The notes below the pieces were generated by a model that was not told the origin of the DNA, searched no databases, and worked only from the letters and a program-made list of their open reading frames with translations. Made by a program: the position numbers and the translations under genes. Below, piece by piece: positions 60,370-63,322 of a stretch of 63,322 nt of DNA. The DNA lies in contig DATJZK010000109.1 in NCBI GenBank assembly GCA_035499145.1, positions 1-63,322 on the forward strand, written 5' to 3'. Origin of the DNA: Thermoplasmata archaeon (GTDB taxonomy: Archaea; Thermoplasmatota; Thermoplasmata; Lutacidiplasmatales; UBA184). Within the stretch, counting starts at the first letter, position 1. Every line of letters starts with the position of its first letter.

Positions 60370-61909
60370 AGTACATCGCCATCCCGTGCTGGTCGGCGGC
60401 CCGGATCACTTCCGGGTCGCGCAGGCTGCCGCCGGGCTGCAGGATCGCCCGCACGCCGGCCCGCCCGGCGGCCTCGACCCCGTCCGCGAACGGGAAGAAC
60501 GCATCCGAGGCGAGGACCGACCCGCGGGCCCGTTCGCCCGCGACCTCGATGGCAAGTTCGACCGCCTTGACCCGCGTCGGCTGACCCGAGCCGATTCCGA
60601 CGGTGCGGCCTCCCTGGACGAGGACGATCGCGTTCGACTTGGCATGGCGCACGGCACGCCAGGCAAAGTCGAGGGCACCCCGCTCGTCGGCGGTCGCGGC
60701 CTGGGTCGTTACCTGACGGAACTCGCTCGGAAGGAGCTGGCGCCGGTCGGATTCCTGCACCAGGAGGCGGCCCATCGCCGAACGGGCCTCCCATCGCGGA
60801 CGCTCGCCCGACGGGACCTCCGCGCGGACGAGCTTGAGCTTCGGCCGCCGGCCGAGTTGCTCTCGTGCCGCGGCGTCGACCGCCGGTGCAGCCAAGAGAT
60901 CGACGAACACTCCGTGGAGCGCGCCGAGGTCGGCGGCCCCGAGGGGTCGGTTGACCGCGATCGCGCAGCCGTACCGGGCCACCGGATCGGTCGCGATGGC
61001 CTGACCGAGCGCCTCGCTCACCGTGGCGGCGCGGGCGATCCCACACGGGGTCGAGTGCTTCACGATCGCCGCCGCGGGCTCGGCGTACTCGGCGACGATC
61101 GCGAGCGCTGCGTCGAGGTCGAGGAGGTTGTTGTACGACAGCGCCTCGCCCTTGAGGACGTCGAACTCCTCCGATCTCAGCGTTTCGCCGACGGTCGACC
61201 GCCCGACATACACGGCCGCGGCCTGGTGGGGGTTCTCGCCGTACCGCAACGCCATCGGCTCCCGGTGGAGCTCCAGCTCCGGGGGGAATCCGGCGACGGA
61301 CGACGTCACCGAGGACAACCCCGCCGCGATCGCCGCGTCGTAGTCGGTGCATCGAGCGAACGCGCGGACCGCGAGCGCCCGGCGCGTCGACGCCTCCAGG
61401 GCCCCGTCGAGTCGTTCGTACTCCTCGAGGAACGCCGGGTAGTCGATCGGGTCGCTGAGCACCGCGACGAACGCGTGGTTCTTCGCGGCCGCGCGCGCGA
61501 GCGTGACCCCGCCGATGTCGATGTACTCCTCCCGGTCGTTCGCCTGGGGGGAGGAGCGCACGTGCTCGACGAACGGGTAGAAGTTGACGACCACGAGATC
61601 GAACTCCCGCAGGCCCCGCGACTCGAGCTCGCTCCGCCCCGCGGCCGTGCGCGGGGCGAGGATCCCGCCGAGGACCCCGGGGTGGAGCGTCTTGATGCGG
61701 CCGTCGAACCACGAACCGATCCCGGTGAGCTCTTCGGCAGACCGGACGGGTGGGGCAACGTCAGAGAGCCCCTTCCGGGTCCCGTCGGTCGCCCACAGCT
61801 CTACGCCGCGGCCGGCTAGGGCGTGGGCCAGCGCGGAGAGCCCGGCCTTGTCGTGGACCGACAGGAGCGCCCGACGGATCCGCCGCCGGTCCCCCGGTTC
61901 CTCCGCCAC
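60341..61909 (-). CDS. purH: Bifunctional AICAR transformylase / IMP cyclohydrolase
   Basis: 522 aa. ALLSVHDKAGL, GRIKTLHPGVLGGIL, VVVNFYPF, KHSTPCGIA, ASDAFFPFADG. Confidence 0.93.
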   Translation of the reverse strand: MAEEPGDRRRIRRALLSVHDKAGLSALAHALAGRGVELWATDGTRKGLSDVAPPVRSAEELTGIGSWFDGRIKTLHPGVLGGILAPRTAAGRSELESRGLREFDLVVVNFYPFVEHVRSSPQANDREEYIDIGGVTLARAAAKNHAFVAVLSDPIDYPAFLEEYERLDGALEASTRRALAVRAFARCTDYDAAIAAGLSSVTSSVAGFPPELELHREPMALRYGENPHQAAAVYVGRSTVGETLRSEEFDVLKGEALSYNNLLDLDAALAIVAEYAEPAAAIVKHSTPCGIARAATVSEALGQAIATDPVARYGCAIAVNRPLGAADLGALHGVFVDLLAAPAVDAAAREQLGRRPKLKLVRAEVPSGERPRWEARSAMGRLLVQESDRRQLLPSEFRQVTTQAATADERGALDFAWRAVRHAKSNAIVLVQGGRTVGIGSGQPTRVKAVELAIEVAGERARGSVLASDAFFPFADGVEAAGRAGVRAILQPGGSLRDPEVIRAADQHGMAMYFTGWRVFRH

Positions 61910-62014
61910 TCTCCTTACCCCTCAGCGGGAGGGAGGGGGAAAGATAAGCGCGGCGGAACGGGCTCCCGAACGTCGGTGGTGCCGGGGCCCGACTCGCCTC
62001 CACGTCCATACGCA

Positions 62015-62020
62015 TAAATA
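62015..62020 (+). promoter_or_regulatory. TATA box (TAAATA, context cataaatacggga)
   Basis: 29-35 nt upstream of the in-frame GTG codons at 62049 and 62055 of the pilin-like gene. Confidence 0.5.
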
Positions 62021-62048
62021 CGGGATACCGGGCTGGTACCGTTCGGCC

Positions 62049-63023
62049 GTGTCCGTGCACTCTCCGGCCCGCTCGATCCGTTTCGCGCGCGGGCGCGCCC
62101 ACCGGATCCGGCCGGCCCGATCCCGACGTTCGCGCCCGGTCCGATCGTGGCGACGGCACGGACGGAAGGCTCAGGTTTCGGCGATCGCGACGATCTTCGG
62201 ACTGCTCCTCGTGGTCACCTTCATCGCGAACTACCTGTCCACCACCCTTCCCCAACAGATGGACGTGAACGACATCAACCACGACCTGCTGGTCCAGAAC
62301 GAGGTCGGACGGGCCGCCGCGCTGCTGGAGGCGGGGGCGGCCCACGCGGCGGTCGGCACCGAGCTCACGCAGCCGATCGTGCTCGGCTCGGTGGGCCTGC
62401 CACCGTTCGCCGCGCCGGACGGCGGGGTGGTGTCGGGCGACCCGTCCGGCTCGTCCGAGAAGGTGACGTTCGGCATCGCGAGCGCGTCCGCTCCGAGCGG
62501 GGTGCTCAGTCTGGAGTCGCAGGGCGGCGCCTTCCTCGTTCAGCTCCGGAACATCTACGCTCCCCCGGCCGAAGCGGCGTACAACTACGGCGCCGTCGTG
62601 TTCGCCCAGCAGGGAGGAACGGCGTTCGTGGAGGACGCTCCCCCGATCACGGTGACCGGGACCGCGGCGCAGATCTTCCTCCCGATCTTCTCCAACAGCC
62701 TCGGAGCGGAGGCCGGGCTGGGCACCGCGATCCTCGGCTTCCAGCTCACCTCCGTGTTCACGGAGAAGTTCCCCTCCGGGGGATACACGCTCGTCTCGGG
62801 GTCGATCCAGGTGGTCGTGACCACTCCGTTCGCGGCGGCGTGGCTGTCGTACATCAACTCGCAGACCGCCCTCGCGGGGGACGCGACCTGTCTTGGAGTC
62901 GGATCGGCGTGCACAGGCCCGTTCCTGTTCAACGGCCCGCTCGGGATCGTAACGATCACGCTCCCGGCGACCATCACCTCGGTCACGCTCCAGGTCGCGA
63001 CGTACGCGATCTCGCTCGACTGA
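62049..63023 (+). CDS. Archaeal type IV pilin-like (class III signal peptide) surface protein
   Basis: Start placed at GTG 62049 from the promoter position. ...RRHGRKAQVSAIATIFGLLLVVTFIANYL is a pilin/archaellin-type basic region plus hydrophobic helix. The remainder is beta-rich and Ser/Thr/Gly/Ala-rich. The upstream part of the 479-aa track ORF is purH antisense shadow. Confidence 0.55.
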   Translation: MSVHSPARSIRFARGRAHRIRPARSRRSRPVRSWRRHGRKAQVSAIATIFGLLLVVTFIANYLSTTLPQQMDVNDINHDLLVQNEVGRAAALLEAGAAHAAVGTELTQPIVLGSVGLPPFAAPDGGVVSGDPSGSSEKVTFGIASASAPSGVLSLESQGGAFLVQLRNIYAPPAEAAYNYGAVVFAQQGGTAFVEDAPPITVTGTAAQIFLPIFSNSLGAEAGLGTAILGFQLTSVFTEKFPSGGYTLVSGSIQVVVTTPFAAAWLSYINSQTALAGDATCLGVGSACTGPFLFNGPLGIVTITLPATITSVTLQVATYAISLD

Positions 63024-63046
63024 GCCGGACCGACGGTTCGCGGAGA

Positions 63047-63322
63047 TCACCCGCTCGGAGACGCGGGATTCCCGTCGCGGAGCCACGCCTTCGCCCCGAC
63101 GAGGGTCCCCCAGGTCCGCACCGATCGCAGGTGCGGTGCGTCCGCCCTCGGAGCCGAATCGAACGCTGCCCGAACGTCACGCGCCGATCGGTGATCGACC
63201 TCGACGATCGCCCGCGCGCGCTCCGCTCGGACGATCCGGAAGACGGGTGCGGCGCTACCGGCCCGCCCGAGCCGTTCGCGGAGTAGTGCGTCCCACTCGG
63301 CCGGCGTTCGCGGGAAAGGGTG
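63047..63322 (-). CDS. C-terminal part of a probable RNase P protein component 2 (Pop5/Rnp2-like); N-terminus lies beyond the right edge
   Basis: Own reverse translation: ...EWDALLRERLGRAGSAAPVFRIVRAERARAIVEVDHRSARDVRAAFDSAPRADAPHLRSVRTWGTLVGAKAWLRDGNPASPSG*. The pattern (..IVR..R......V..A........L...SGTL) resembles archaeal Pop5. Stop at 63049..63047. Confidence 0.4.
   Translation of the reverse strand, partial: HPFPRTPAEWDALLRERLGRAGSAAPVFRIVRAERARAIVEVDHRSARDVRAAFDSAPRADAPHLRSVRTWGTLVGAKAWLRDGNPASPSG

Overview
Very GC-rich, tightly packed archaeal chromosome segment. The archaeal assignment rests on RadA, ribosomal proteins L7Ae/S28e/L24e, an archaeal-type TyrRS and methionine aminopeptidase 2, a 7S SRP RNA, TATA-box promoters and thermopsin-type 'YxVxFxExGLPxGxxW' surface repeats. 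These suggest an uncultivated Thermoplasmatota-like lineage, but that is inference only. I support about 60 protein genes, one tRNA-Leu(CAG) and one SRP RNA. Most genes are housekeeping or central metabolism: glnA with an Lrp regulator, glyA, purC, purH, ndk, map, malic enzyme, hutH, a proline-dehydrogenase-like module with P5C dehydrogenase, a Wtp/Mod-type ABC importer with a ModE-like regulator, MutY, AlkA and thioredoxin. No integrase, transposase or CRISPR array is visible. The long ORFs antisense to real genes in the ORF track are GC-driven shadow ORFs. Items worth a second look: (1) a 636-nt gene-free, heavily structured region (24853-25488) that may encode a large ncRNA, directly upstream of (2) an orphan HerA/FtsK-type ATPase fused to a wHTH and a PD-(D/E)xK-like domain, followed by ThpR. 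(3) A Cas4-like nuclease split into two translationally coupled ORFs, each carrying a TM helix. It lies in a four-gene insertion (with a DUF429 nuclease and a methyltransferase) that interrupts the conserved L7Ae-S28e-L24e-ndk cluster. (4) An HhH + coiled-coil + KaiC/RecA-like giant ATPase with a degenerate Walker A. (5) A nickel superoxide dismutase with its maturation protease in an archaeal context. (6) A Fur protein lacking its DNA-binding domain. (7) Two paralogous SoxA/SoxB (HcnABC-like) dehydrogenase modules. (8) A consistent promoter grammar: a TAAATA-type box 26-32 nt upstream of start codons, implying leaderless mRNAs. All functional calls come from reading the translated sequences by eye. 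No database search was run.
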